Both the position numbers and the translations under genes were made by a program. This document shows, one piece after another, positions 12,091 to 24,783 of a stretch of 61,367 nt of DNA; the stretch's first letter is position 1; each line of letters starts with the position of its first letter. The notes under the pieces are model-generated. The model did not search any database, was not told the DNA's origin, and worked only from the letters and a program-made list of their open reading frames with translations. The DNA comes from Octopus bimaculoides (lineage: Eukaryota): NCBI RefSeq assembly GCF_001194135.2, contig NC_068989.1:84565415-84626781 (forward strand), in the 5' to 3' direction.

Positions 12091-12414
12091 AGTGAAGGCA
12101 CGTGGCTTAGTGGTTAGGCTATCAGGCTCACGATTGTAAAATCGTGAGTTCAATTCCTGGTGATGCATTGTGTCCTTGAGCAAGACACTTTATTTCACGT
12201 TGTTCCAGTCCACTAAGCTGACAAAAATAAGTTGTACTAGTATTTCAAAGGCCCAGCCTTGTCATATTTTGTGTCATACTGATCTCCCCGAGAACTACAT
12301 TAAGGATACACGTGTCTGCGGAGTGCTCAGCCACTTGCACATTAGTTTCGCGAGCAGGCTGTTACATCGATCGGATCAACTGGAACACTCTTTGTCGTAA
12401 CCGACGGAATGCCA
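12091..12414 (+). mobile_element. tRNA-derived SINE family B (CORE-like body, tail shared with family A)
   Basis: Head GAAGGCACGTGGCTTAGTGGTTAGG...GAGTTCAATTCC, body tgtgtccttgagcaagacac, tail ...gtgctcagccacttgcac...ggaatgcca. Confidence 0.88.
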
Positions 12415-13828
12415 TATTTATTTATTATTTTTTTTAGACTTATGGAAAAAATAAAAAAGTGGGTTTTGTATGCCAGCAAATACTGTATAATATAATGAAC
12501 TTATGATGTGCACTGCTCAGGTGCACTACAACTCATCAGAAAAAATAACCAAAACTGCATGTACGGTACAAAGAAGCGGCACAAGAAGTGAACGGTGTAC
12601 AGAAAAAAGAAACGTAAATAAAACGTTTGGTGGCGGTGGTGGGGGAGTATCAGGTGTACAGTATTGTGTGTGTGTGTGTATTACCGTTAATGTGTCGTAT
12701 TAGCTGTGCTGAGTATCATAAGTTAAGCATGGGTTGCATTACACGTAGCAAAAGCAAATCTACGATACGAGGGTATTTAAACTGAAGTTGTTTTCTCAAA
12801 CCAATGTAGGAGCTCGTCTGCTAGAATTAACGACATTTCTGTTAAATTACATCCTACACTATTGAGAAGAAAAAAGCAGAGCAAATTAGAATATGTAGCA
12901 TCTGGTATTAAAAGAGATAGATAATTACGGCTTAAATGTCTTTTAATCATAGTCTACTCGAGTCGGGCCGACTTGTGGGGTGGGGTGCTGAGCAATAACA
13001 GCATCCTTGAGAAAAAAAAACGTAGTCAAATAGTTTGACTAGAGTTATCGCCCTTAGATTACAGAATTCTCTCCCTTACTTCATGTTTTATATGTGTAGT
13101 TGTTTTCCCTTTGTGTGTGCGCTGCTTCTTCCATTCTTTCACTTATTCCATTGTTTTCATTTTACTTTCACATTATATTAATAAATAAACGTTTTGGAGG
13201 AGATTAAAGTTACAGGCGAGACTAACTTTCATCATGTGACACGATCCATTGCTGTTCAAGTAAAACTCATTCTTGATGCGTTTTACTCATTCCTCATTAA
13301 AACTCATTTCCCTCAAGCATAAGAGACCCCAGCTACCTCAGACAACATAATTTTTAAATGATCGGGTGTAAATGATGTGAAATTTGGCTGCTATTTCTAG
13401 CAGTTCAAGTGTAGATCACTCTGCTTAAATTATTTTTACACAAGGCATGTCATTCTCTAAATTGTCGTAGCTCTCTTGTTAACATGTAGATAGGTCTAGG
13501 TGGAATGACAACGTGTGGTACAGAAACATAATTTTCTCTAATATATATGCACACACTTGTAGAAGATATGTACACGGGCGCGCGCGTGTGTGTGTTTGAT
13601 TTCAAAGAAGTGAGAAATAATGCTATACATGGATACTTACGGCTGTAAACTGGAATCTTTATAATGTGTTTAAAAAATGAAACGTGTGTGTTCTGTACAT
13701 CTTTTTCTTTACTCTTTGAGGAAAATTCCAAACTTTTAAATCTTCCTCAACTTTATCTAGAAGGGATTGTCTCCTCTATGATAGTTGACCACCAAGGGTA
13801 CAACACACACACACACACACACACACAT

Positions 13829-14195
13829 ACTTCAGTGCTGCTAGGAACAGTGATAACTGAAGGTGGGGTGTTTTTCCTGTAGCTGACATTTTACATCAAA
13901 GCCACCAACTCATCAACGTGCTGCTGATGGTGATGAAGTACACATTGCCGATAGTGGTGGTGGTGATGTTGTTGATGATGATGGTGGTTGTGGTTGCAGT
14001 GTTGTCAATGATGGGGGGGGGGGTAATGAGAAACAGAAATGCATGATGTGATGGTTCTGTGTGTACGTATGGCGGCAGCAGCAGGTGTGGTTTCGTGTCC
14101 AGAGTACATCTGTTCCAGATGAAGAATTCTACATCAATTATCAAGCCATTATGGATTCTATCCGTATTGGTTTATCCATCAATTTAGCCCCCCCC
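13829..14195 (+). repeat. Inverted duplication, copy 1
   Basis: Reverse complement of 27029-27412; about 8 substitutions and one 21-nt indel. Confidence 0.92.
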
Positions 14196-14214
14196 CCTCC
14201 ACATACACACACGT

Positions 14215-14925
14215 TAGTGTGACATTCTAGACGCCTTGCACTCCCTCTGCTGTCCATTCCCATGCTTTATATCTATAGTTAACTCCAGGACAACTTTCAT
14301 ACTTAGTGGACATCTCTGATGAAAAGTGCCACTCCACCAGTAAATACGAGCATCACTCAACTAGAGCCTTCATGCTCACTCTAAATACTGGTCTTCACTA
14401 TTACCAAAAAATCTCACCTGACGAAAGCACATCCACTGCATTGCTAAGATCACATCTCATTGCTAAGATCACATCTCATTGCTAAGATCATATCTCATTG
14501 CTAAGACCACGTCTTTTGGGTCACAAGACATTTCAATTCCTAACAGTTCCTGACACTCTGCAGGGCTGAAAGGTTGAAGTGAGGCCTACAATAGAATACT
14601 GGCGCCAACACTGACACCCTTGATTACACACTTGAGAAGTCCCACTTGACTGATTGGCATTCACCGTTAATAAGCACAGTCCACCCTCAGTTCCTTAGAG
14701 TTGACTAATCTCGTACATCCACCACTCCAGCACTCATCCCAATTCATCTTTCCACATCTCAGCGCCCTTGGTGTGTCCAACCTTCCTTTCTTTTCTCTGC
14801 ACTAAACACTTTGCCAAAGCTTTCTTCCCCCCAGGGCATTCTCCTTCTGGAATCTTCTCCCTGCAATATTTCCTGCAGGAATTGAGCTGTTGCTTTCATA
14901 AAAGCTGACACCGCTTATTTAACGA
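14215..14925 (+). pseudogene. Decayed CR1/L2-group LINE 3' remnant
   Basis: TKHFAKAFFP/RAFSFWNLLPAIFP at ~14800-14875 resembles the RT..F..SFFPR...WN.LP C-terminal motif; includes a 4 x 19-bp tandem at 14439-14514. Confidence 0.6.
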
Positions 14926-15002
14926 TGACATTTGTTTACAATTGTCATTCACTGTCAAGACAAACTGCCTTCCCAAAATATGTGTGTGTAGTACATCTTG
15001 TG

Positions 15003-15320
15003 AGTGAAGGCATGTGGCTTAGTGGTTAGGGATATTAGGGATATTCAGGTAAGGTTGTGAGTTCAATCCCTGGTGGCACGTTGTGTCCCTTGGGCAAGAC
15101 ACTTCATTTCACGTTGCTCCAAGTCCACCCACCTAGCAAAAATGAGTAGTACCTGTAATTCAAAGGGCCAGCCTTGTCACACTCTGTGTCACGCTGAATC
15201 TGCCTGAGAACTACGTTATGGGTATATGTGTCTGTGGAGTACTCAACCACTTGCATGTTAGTTTCATGAGCAGGCTATTCCATTGATTGGATCGACTGGA
15301 GCCTTCAATATCGCAACCAG
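15003..15320 (+). mobile_element. SINE family B
   Basis: Colinear with 12091-12414. Confidence 0.85.
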
Positions 15321-15376
15321 TTGAGTGCTAGAGGTTTTTTTAAATATCTTGTGAGTACATTTAGGTGTTTGTTGTT

Positions 15377-15756
15377 GTTGGCACTCGGTCGCTTACGACG
15401 TCGAGGGTTCCAGTTGATCCGATCAACGGAACAGCCTGCTCGGGAAATTAACGTGCAAGTGGCTGAGCACTCCACAGACACGTGTACCCTTAATGCAGTT
15501 CTCGGAGATATTCAGCGTGACACAGAGTGTGACAAAGCTGACCCTTTGAATTACAGGCACAACAGAAACAGGAAGAAAGAGTGAGAGAAAGTTGTGGTGG
15601 AAGAGTACAGCAGGGTTCGCCACCATCCCCTGCCAGATCCTCGTGGAGCTTTAGGTGTTTGTGCACAATAAACACTCACAACGCCCGGTCTGGGGATCGA
15701 AACCGCGATCCTATGACCGCGAGTCCGCTGCCCTAACCACTGAGCCATTGCGCCTC
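15377..15756 (-). mobile_element. SINE family A, full length
   Basis: Colinear with 507-887. Confidence 0.9.
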
Positions 15757-15879
15757 AGCTGTACACCATCTAGGTGTACAGCTGCTACTATTGTGTTTAA
15801 AGCTCCATATAGATTATCAACGTCTCACACTGTGGATTATTACTACTAGACTTCATAGTTTGTTATTGGTTATGATATT

Positions 15880-16311
15880 AGGAGCACTCCGTCGGTTACG
15901 ACGACGAGGGTCCCAGCTGATACACTCGACGGAACAGCTTGCTCGTGAAATTAACGTGCAAGTGGCTGAGCACTCCACAGACACGTTTACTTACTCTACA
16001 GTGTCACTCTAAAGATAAACATCGAAATCTACGAGATAATTTGTGTTTCATTCAAAACAACGTGAGTAAATAGGCTTTGTGTTAGACGGAGTAATCTGAA
16101 TGCTAAAGGGTTAACTTAGTTCTCAGGGAGATTCAGTGTGACAAGGCTGGCCCTTTGAAATATGGGTACTACTCATTTTTGACAGCTGAATGGATTGGAG
16201 CAACATGAAAATATAGTGTCTTGCTCAAGGATACAACGCACCGCCGGGAATTGAACTCACGATATTACGATCGTGAGCCGAATGCCCTAACCACTAAGCC
16301 ACGCGCCTTCA
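15880..16311 (-). mobile_element. SINE family B interrupted by a piggyBac-type MITE fragment (~15990-16115)
   Basis: SINE tail 15880-15988 resumes at ...aaagggTTAActtagttctc; the inserted piece ends in aatgctaaagggTTAA. Confidence 0.8.
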
Positions 16312-16644
16312 CTATATTTTTGTTTATGGTATACAGAGCAAATGTTGGATAAATTATGATAAGCACAAGTTTATACCATTTGTTTCCTTGTCTGTTTTTT
16401 TTACTATCAAAATTGTTTAGAATCTCTGCGTTGGATATTCAAAGCACAATTAGATACTTTATTGAAAATGCAATAACGAGGCTTAAAAAACCACAACAGT
16501 GAAATGTTCAGAGGAAACAAATTAATTTGTGTTTATCATAATTTCTCATTCGCAAATTAATTTATGTTTATCATAATTTCTCATAAACAACACACATACA
16601 CACACGCACACATGCACAAACATGTAATGGGCTCCTATTAGTTT

Positions 16645-16845
16645 CTTATTTCTTTATTGCCCACAAGGGGCTAAACATAGAGGGGACAAACAAGGACAGA
16701 CAAAGGGATTAAGTCGATTACATCGACCCCAGTGCGCAACTGGTACTTGACCTCGGCGGAATTTGAACTCAGAACGTAACGACAGACGAAATACCGCTAA
16801 GTATTTCGTCCGGCGTGCTAACGTTTCTGCCAGCTCACCGCCCTA
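16645..16845 (-). mobile_element. SINE family C with internal deletion
   Basis: Reverse complement of the C consensus. Confidence 0.85.
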
Positions 16846-18119
16846 TCAGTTTCTGTCAACTAAATCCACTCACAAGGCTTTAGTCAACTGAGGGCTGCTT
16901 GCCCAAGGTGCCACCAGCTGGGACTGAACTTCGAAGCATATGCTTGAGAAGTGAACTTCTTATCCATTGACCCAGCAACCGCCTGTAATGATTATGCAGA
17001 TGTGTGCATTTATGCATTCAAATATATTTACATACAAATATATTTACGTACTTAATGTGTGTATGTATGTATGTGTGTGTGTGTGTGTTTGTGTACCTAT
17101 ATGTATATATAGGTATGTTTATGTATGTATGTATGTGTATATATGTATAAATATATAGATGAAATTATTCGTTTTTTTTAACGTTTTTATGACGTCAATA
17201 ACACACACCCACACACACACGTATATAGAAAGTCGTACATATTTAAGCATTAATATATTTCGACACACAAACATCCTTCCTCCAATTTTGTTCAGTGCAA
17301 TGGCCGTGTGCACTGTGTTTCCTTATGTAGGGCGACCTTGTTTAGTATTCGTTGTATTGGCTGAAACAATTGGAAGCTATTGAAACCACATCATAACAAC
17401 AACAACAATAATAATAATAATAATAATAACTAACAATAATAATAACTAATAATAATAACAACGATAATAATAATAGTAATAAATAATGTATACATACCCC
17501 ACTTCAGGTCATTATGAACATGCATTCAACACACGTATATACACACCTCACATATGCACACATGCATATCACATTTACACACTTTCACATATGTAGTATC
17601 GCGCACACACACACACACAAGTCCCATTCACCCACATATTGTATACACACACACACACGTACATGTATACACGCCACATTCACACACATATAGCATCACG
17701 CACATACACCACATCACATAGCTACACGCATGCACGCACACGTCACATCTCTCACACGCATGCACGCACACGCCATACTTCTACCGCCACCATCATTGCA
17801 CAATCATCATCATCATCATCATCAACACTATCATCACCATCATCATCATCGTCTCTCAATATTGTTATTATATAGACCACTTAGCACCCACCCACCCCAC
17901 CACCTACTCTCTTCTTATTTGGCACATTTTATCACTCTACCCCCTCCACCACCACCACAACCACCACCACCACCACCCTGCTTATCTAATGAAGGATAAA
18001 GAAACAATAATGAAAACGAAAATCAATATGCAAAAAACCTAATCAATGGCATTAGGACAAAGCATAAACATTGGTCCAAATGTCATTAGGACCGAATTGT
18101 AACGTGTGTGTGTGTGTGA

Positions 18120-18515
18120 GTGCGCGGGCCTTTACGTCTGGTGTGTGTGTGTGTGTGTGTCTTTATGTCTCGTGTGTGTTTGTACGTGTCTTTGTCTTGT
18201 GTGTGTATGTGTGTGTGTGTTTGTCTTTGTCTGGTGTGTGTGTATGTGTCTTTGTCTTATATGTGTGTGTTTATGTCTGGTATGTGTGTGCGTGTGTCTA
18301 TGTCTGGTGTGTATGTGCGTTATGTTTGGAGCGTGTGTGTGTCTTTATGCCTGGTTGGTGTGTGTGTGTGTATGTGTCTTTATGCCTGGTTGGTACGTGT
18401 GTATGTGTGTGTGTGTGTATGTGTCTTTAAGCCTGGTTGGTACGTGTGTGTGTGTGTATGTGTCTTTATGCCTGGTTGGTACGTGTGTCTGTGTGTGTGT
18501 GTATTGATGTGTGTT
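18120..18515 (+). repeat. (GT)n-based minisatellite, unit ~gtgtgtgtatgtgtctttatgcctggttggtac
   Basis: Repeated gtcttt(a/g)tg(t/c)ctgg motif separated by GT tracts. Confidence 0.85.
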
Positions 18516-18984
18516 TGATTTTGCAATGGAAGAAAAAGAAGTCATTATGTAAAACAGGGTATTTATTTATAGTCGTTCATTGTTCTGAGTTTGCCGTGTG
18601 ACTGACCCAACGAGCTTACAGACCCAGAGAATCATGCCAAAGGCACATGTCAACCAGTTTGATAAGGGCCTAAGCATAAACCTGTGGATTCCTAAGTAAC
18701 TCTTGTTACGTGTGTGTGTGTGTTTATTTATTCGTGTGTGTTTGTGTGTGACTGAACTCAGAATCCAAGGTTTAATAATACTTTTGGATTGCAGCCATGC
18801 TTACACATCACCTTAGACACCTCCAAGGTGGTGTCTACACCAGCACTTATTTTATTTTTTCAAAGCCTTGTACTTATTCTACTGGGCCCCTTTACGAACT
18901 GCTAAATTATAATGATGTAAACAAACCAACACCAGTTTTCAAGTGGTGGAGGAGGATGTACACAAACACACACACACACACAGA

Positions 18985-19297
18985 AAAGGTAACGACCCCC
19001 TTTGGTCATGAATGACCATGGGATTGCACCTAGAAAGTTACCCTCCGAGGCACAAGTCCGGGCAGGGTTGTTTAGGGCAGACCACCGGTCGCCCATGCAT
19101 ACCAGCCTGCTCTCTCCATACCAAGGGAAAGGCAAAGGCCGATACAGCTTGGCACCAGTGACGTCGCAACTCATTTCTACAGCTCAGTGAACTGGAGCAA
19201 TGTAAAATAAAATGTCTTCATAACCCTGTCCAGGAATCGAACTCACTACCTCTTGATTCTGAGCCCAATGCTCTAACCACTGAGCCATGCACCTTCA
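18985..19297 (-). mobile_element. tRNA-derived SINE family H (family-B-like head, different tail)
   Basis: Minus-strand head GAAGGTGCATGGCTCAGTGGTTAGAGC...GAGTTCGATTCC; the tail recurs as a fragment at 50050-50158 (+). Confidence 0.8.
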
Positions 19298-20014
19298 TTA
19301 AACACACATGAAAATAAATATAAACATAGCTGTTGATATATAAATACATGATGGGCTTCCACATAGTTTCCATCTACCAAATTCACTCACAAGGGATTGA
19401 TGGATTCGAGGCTATGGTAGAAGATAATTGCCCAAGGTGCCATGATGTAGGACTGAACATGAAACAACATGGTTGCTAAAAGAGCTTCTTAACTACACAG
19501 CCATGACTAGGCCTACTGTACAAACTTAATTAAATTCAGGTCTGTTTCAATTTGGTTGCTTCGTTAAGATTGTGTGACATTGTGTAAAACTGGGACACAT
19601 TGTACAATGAAGGGACAAATAAAATAAGATTGATAGTAACAATGTATACACACACACACTCACACACACACACACACACGCACACACACGCACACATATA
19701 CACGTATTCACACAGGTTGTGTGTGTGAGTGTATGTGCATTAATTAGCTCAATAATAAACTTTAATTGTTTAAGACTGTGAGTAGGCATAATTACTCTAA
19801 TGACTTTGATAAATAAAACCACATGTCCGCTGTACACACACACACACATGTATGTGAGCAACATTGTGTGTGTGTGTGTGTGTGTGTATACACACACACA
19901 CATGTATATTTACTATATATTTACTAGTTTCAACCATCTGGCTATGGCCATGCAGGGGCATGTATATATAGATATGTGCGTGTTGATATATATATATATA
20001 TATATATATACGTG

Positions 20015-20073
<59 letters not shown>

Positions 20074-20304
20074 GGTTTTTGTGAAGAGAGTTCATTGAGT
20101 CATCAGTTTTGACTCGAAAAGTTTTACCAACATCTGGAAATTAGTATATTGCTTCTGTTTTGTGTGTGTGTGTGTGTGTGTGTGTTCTAGTTAGTTTCAA
20201 GCTTTTGTTTATGTTTTGGTACAAAACACGTTAAGTGCTCGATGCAAATTTATGCTAGATGTAGAGTGTAATATGTTAATATATGTAAGCTATAGGCTCC
20301 ACCG

Positions 20305-20690
20305 TGGCTGTGTGGTTAAGAAGGTCACTTTGCAACCACATGGTTTCAGGTTCAGTCCCACTGTGCAGCACTGTGGGCAAGTGTCTTCTACTATAGCCCT
20401 AAATGAATCTAATTAACAGAGACTGTGGAAACTTGTTTAAAAAATGTATGTGTGCATGTTTGTGTGTGTATAAATATGTATGTGTCTGTCATTGTGTTTG
20501 TACTTGTTCTCTCTCTCACACACACACACACACACTGTTTGACAGCTGGTGTTGGTTTGTTTATATTCTCCATAACTTAGCAGTTTGACGATGAAATTCC
20601 AGATTTTAAAAAAATAAATATTGGGGTTGATTTGTTCTACTAAAACCACCAAAGTGGTGCTCCAGCATGTCCACAGTTCAGTTATAAAAT
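20305..20690 (+). mobile_element. SINE family D (diverged)
   Basis: Colinear with other D copies. Confidence 0.8.
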
Positions 20691-20823
20691 CCCCAACTTT
20701 TTCTTTTTTTTTTTTTACTGTACATGTCAGTAGGTTAGAAAATACCAAGAATAATTGTGTATTTTATTGACTGTCATCTCTCACACACATGTGGGGTTGT
20801 CTTTCAAATTATTAAAGAAATAT

Positions 20824-21053
20824 CTAATCCTTTCAATACTGTATTTATTTTGAGAATCTCTGTGTTTCTTTCAATTAATTTTAAATATAACAAAGAATTT
20901 AGTAAAATAACTTGGTTATCATTCAGCTAGTGTTAGGAACATAAATTATGACTCAGGTTTGGTGGAAGATTTTAATTCAAAACTTATGAAAACAAGACAT
21001 TTGTACTACAGAACCAGAGCTGGTTTCAGCTGGGTTGGTATCAAAAGGGTTAA
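20824..21053. mobile_element. piggyBac-type MITE (decayed left end); a second left end starts at ~21071
   Basis: ctaatcctttcaatac ... ggtatcaaaagggTTAA; ttaacccttttgttacc at 21071. Confidence 0.65.
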
Positions 21054-21272
21054 AAATATCATGGTTACTTTAACCCTTTTGTTACCATATTTCTGTTGAA
21101 ATTTATATTTGCATCCCTGTGCTGTGAGGCTGTGTATGCGCATACCCATCAACATACCTCAGTGAACAAAAGAATATGAAAGTGCCTGATCCTAACAAAC
21201 GACATGGATGAGTGAATGCTTGAGAGGAAAAGTTCAAACATGAAACAATATCATTGTGTTCTATATGCCCGT

Positions 21273-21512
21273 GGGCATATGGCGTAGTGGTTAAGAGCGC
21301 AGGCTACTAACCCCAAGATTCTGAGTTTGATTCCAGGCAGTTACCTGAATAATAATAATCATCATCATCGTTTAACGTCCGCTTTCCATGCTAGCATGGG
21401 TTGGACGATTTGACTGAGGACTGGTGAAACTGGATGGCAACACCAGGCTCCAATCTAATTTGGCAGAGTTTCTACAGCTGGATGCCCTTCCTAACGCCAA
21501 CCACTCAGAGTG

Positions 21513-21549
<37 letters not shown>

Positions 21550-21695
21550 GCATTGAAAAATACCTTAAGAATGAGAACACAGGTTCGAAATTTCCCCAAG
21601 ACACCTGATGAAGGCTGAAAGGTATATCAGCTGAAACGTGTTAACAACAAACAAGATGAGGACAAATATCTGTCAATTGTAAATAATTTAAATAA
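21273..21695 (+). mobile_element. SINE-like family G: tRNA head, (AAT)n, hammerhead-motif tail (copy 1, with nested RTE-tail element 21360-21513)
   Basis: A box TGGCGTAGTGG, B-box-like GAGTTTGATTCC; GACAC-CTGATGA-A-GGCTGA..TCAGCT-GAAAC-GTGTT at 21600-21642. Confidence 0.85.
21360..21513 (-). mobile_element. RTE-type tail element family E ((GAT)n 3' end)
   Basis: catcatcatcgtttaacgtccgctttccatgctagcatggg... Other copies: ~10462-10620 (-), 29935-30250 (-), 34445-34545 (+), 44733-45030 (-), 47905-47968 (-), 53610-53850 (-), 57990-58160 (+). The RTE assignment rests on the short-tandem 3' tail and is tentative. Confidence 0.8.
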
Positions 21696-21787
21696 TGAAT
21701 TTCATTGTGTTTAAAAGCTGTTTAGAGGTGTTATTTGTTTAAGTTAAGGGGACAACTTAAGTCTAGGAATGAGACCCTATTTTACCC

Positions 21788-22310
21788 ATCATCATCATCG
21801 TTTAATGTCTGTTTTCCATAATTGCTTGGGTTGGACAGTTTGACATGAGCTGGTCAGCTGGAGTGCTGCACCAGGCTCCAGTCATCTGTTTTGTTGAGGT
21901 TTCTACTGCTGGATGCCCTTCCTAACATCAGCCACCTTATAGAGTGGAGTGGGAGCTTTTTATGTGGCGCCAGCACCAGTGGCACTGGCACAAGTGCTTT
22001 ATACGTGGCACCAGCACAGGTGCTTTTTATGTGGCACTCATACATTTTATGTGCCAGTGCCACGTAAAAGGCACATGTGCCAGTCTCGCATTTGCTCACA
22101 AGCACCCTAATGCCAACCACTCTTGGAGTGGTTGGCATTAGGAAGGGCATCCAGCTGTAGAAACTCTGCCGGATCAGAGTGGAGCCTGGTGCAGCCATCT
22201 GGCTCACCAGTCCTCAGTCAAACCGTCCAGTCCAACCCATGCCAGCATGGAAAGCGGACGTTAAACGATGATGATGATGATGATGATGATAATGATGATG
22301 ATGATGATGG
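21788..22310. mobile_element. Inverted pair of family E elements (21788-~22100 minus; 22126-22310 plus)
   Basis: Head-to-head copies, plus a perfect 17-bp fold-back at 22106-22142. Confidence 0.85.
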
Positions 22311-23254
22311 TGATGATAATTCATCACTATTTCATTTAACAGTTTCTTTTGTTTTTGTTTTTAATCAAACACTTGTAATAAACAATGACAGGTGTAACAA
22401 CAGAATCTTTTATTTAAAAACAGAATTTTACTTTAAGTTATAAATTCATGAACTTTCAAAGTATCATTATTTTGAAATTCAAAAGCTAATGGATCTACAG
22501 TAACTAGAGGGGACATTGCGTGTACCATTGGTGTGGTGTTGTCTGGGAGTGTAAGCAGAGGATTGTAATGTAGGCTTTCATTTCTTTAGCTGGTTTCAAT
22601 TATTGAACTGTGACCATGCCGGGATACCTTCATATATGCGAACTGTTGCATACACCAGCTTATCCACACTCTTACACACATACACACTAAAATACAAAGA
22701 AGTGCATAAACCTCATATCTGCACAGACACACACACACACACACACACTCTCTCTCTCTTTCTCTTACGCATCACACACAAATTTAAAGGTAGGAGCACG
22801 CAAAATGGTAAAACGATGCCAGAACTCCAAGGGAGACAACTGCAACTGGCCTGACAGGAGGGACCAGAGTGGAGCTGGGATTACAAAAGTCTCTTTACAT
22901 CAGCCAGTTTGTCTGAGTCAGTCTCAGATCACACATCTCCTCTCTGTCACACATGTATATATAATCATATATATATATATATATATATATACACTCACTC
23001 TTCTGTCTCCTTTGATTTATATATACTCGTACATACAGTGTGTTGATTGTCCAGCGTCCAGAAGTGGGCTGGAGTTATATATATGTATACGTATGTATAT
23101 ATAATATATATATACCCTGCTGACCGAGTTGGCCCTCTCGGTTGAAGAATTCGTCTTTCAGTCGGTTCCTCAAGTAAGTAAGCAATCATATATACTAACT
23201 ACTCTCTTTCCCACTCTCTCTTTCTCTCTCTCTCTCCCTCCCTCTCTCTCTCTC

Positions 23255-23296
<42 letters not shown>

Positions 23297-23452
23297 ACTG
23301 TTACATACTCTGTGTTTATGTGTGATGGGTTTTGAGGGAGAGAGACTATGAGAATGTGTCTGGATGCATTACTTTCTTAGAAAAATATCAGAATTTGTCA
23401 ATGTACGACTGTGTGTCTATGTATTATACACACACAGGCTAAAAATACTATC

Positions 23453-23503
<51 letters not shown>

Positions 23504-23820
23504 TACACATATATATATATATATGCATACATACACTCATACATACAGGTTATTCCCTCTCTCTCTTTGTACCATGTATGTATATATGTATGTATGTATG
23601 CATGTATGTATGTATCTATCTATTTAACACACACATATATATATATATATAATGTGTATACTATAAAGGAAGAATTTTATCGTCACAAATTGTCACACTG
23701 AGGGTTTATGCGTGAGTGTGAATGTGTATTGATGTTTGTGTATGTATGTATATGTGTGTGTATATACATATGTGTGTGTGTGTATATATGTATATGTGTG
23801 CGTATATATATATATGTCTG

Positions 23821-23851
<31 letters not shown>

Positions 23852-24181
23852 CTGCATATATATGTGTGTATATATGTATATTTGTATATGTCTATATGTG
23901 TATGTATATATTTATATATATATGTGTATGTATATATATATGTATATATGTGTATGTATATATATGTATATATGTGTGTGTATATGTATGTATGTGTGTA
24001 TGTATACATACTCAAATGGATATAGATGAATTCAAATATGCTCACACATACGCATGCAGACACATAAACTAACACATTCATATATACATTCTCACACCCG
24101 TATCCAGACTGTCTTTGACACAGTTGTGCGTGTTAGAAGAGTGTAATGTGTGCGTGCGTGCGTGCGTGTGTGTGTGTGTGT

Positions 24182-24215
<34 letters not shown>

Positions 24216-24752
24216 TGTATAGGAAGCCAGAGAAATGTAGTTTGTGTATATATGTTTGTGTGAATTGATATAGCCATGTGTGTATGTTTATATGTCAATG
24301 TGTGTGTGAATATGTGTATATATATATATATTTATATATATTTATATATATTTGTGTGTGTGTATGCGTGAATGCAATATGTAATCGTTATGAATGGTTG
24401 TACGTATGTGTGAACGTACGTTTGTGTGTGTGTGCGTATGTATGAATGAACTGTTTGCGCTCACCACTGACTTTCAACCCACTTTGTTGTCTTAATGTCT
24501 CAAAATTCACCCTCTTTCTACACTCCTCACCCTCTCTCTCTCTTTCTCTCTGCCCTGCTTCCCTCTCCCTCTGCTCCTCGCAGCAGCCCCCTTCTCTCTC
24601 TCTCTCTCTCCCCTCTTTCTTTCTCACCTTCTTCTGCTTCTCCTCTCTTTGTCTCCCTCTTTCTCTCCTGCTTAATTCTCTCTTCTGCTTCTCCTCTCTT
24701 TCGTAACCTCTATCTTTACTTTCACTCTTTCAGATTTGCTATCTTTCTTCTA

Positions 24753-24783
<31 letters not shown>

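Noticed and set aside
14103-14190. Possible phase-0 exon STSVPDEEFYINYQAIMDS inside the inverted duplication
   Set aside because: Weak polypyrimidine tract, no credible donor, no similarity to MRL sequence that I recall, and it is equally present on the opposite strand at 27 kb.
20085-20128. Minus-strand CTGATGA with nearby GTC, and a 6-bp hairpin gagtca/tgactc
   Set aside because: No stem II or GAAA in the right place; likely chance.
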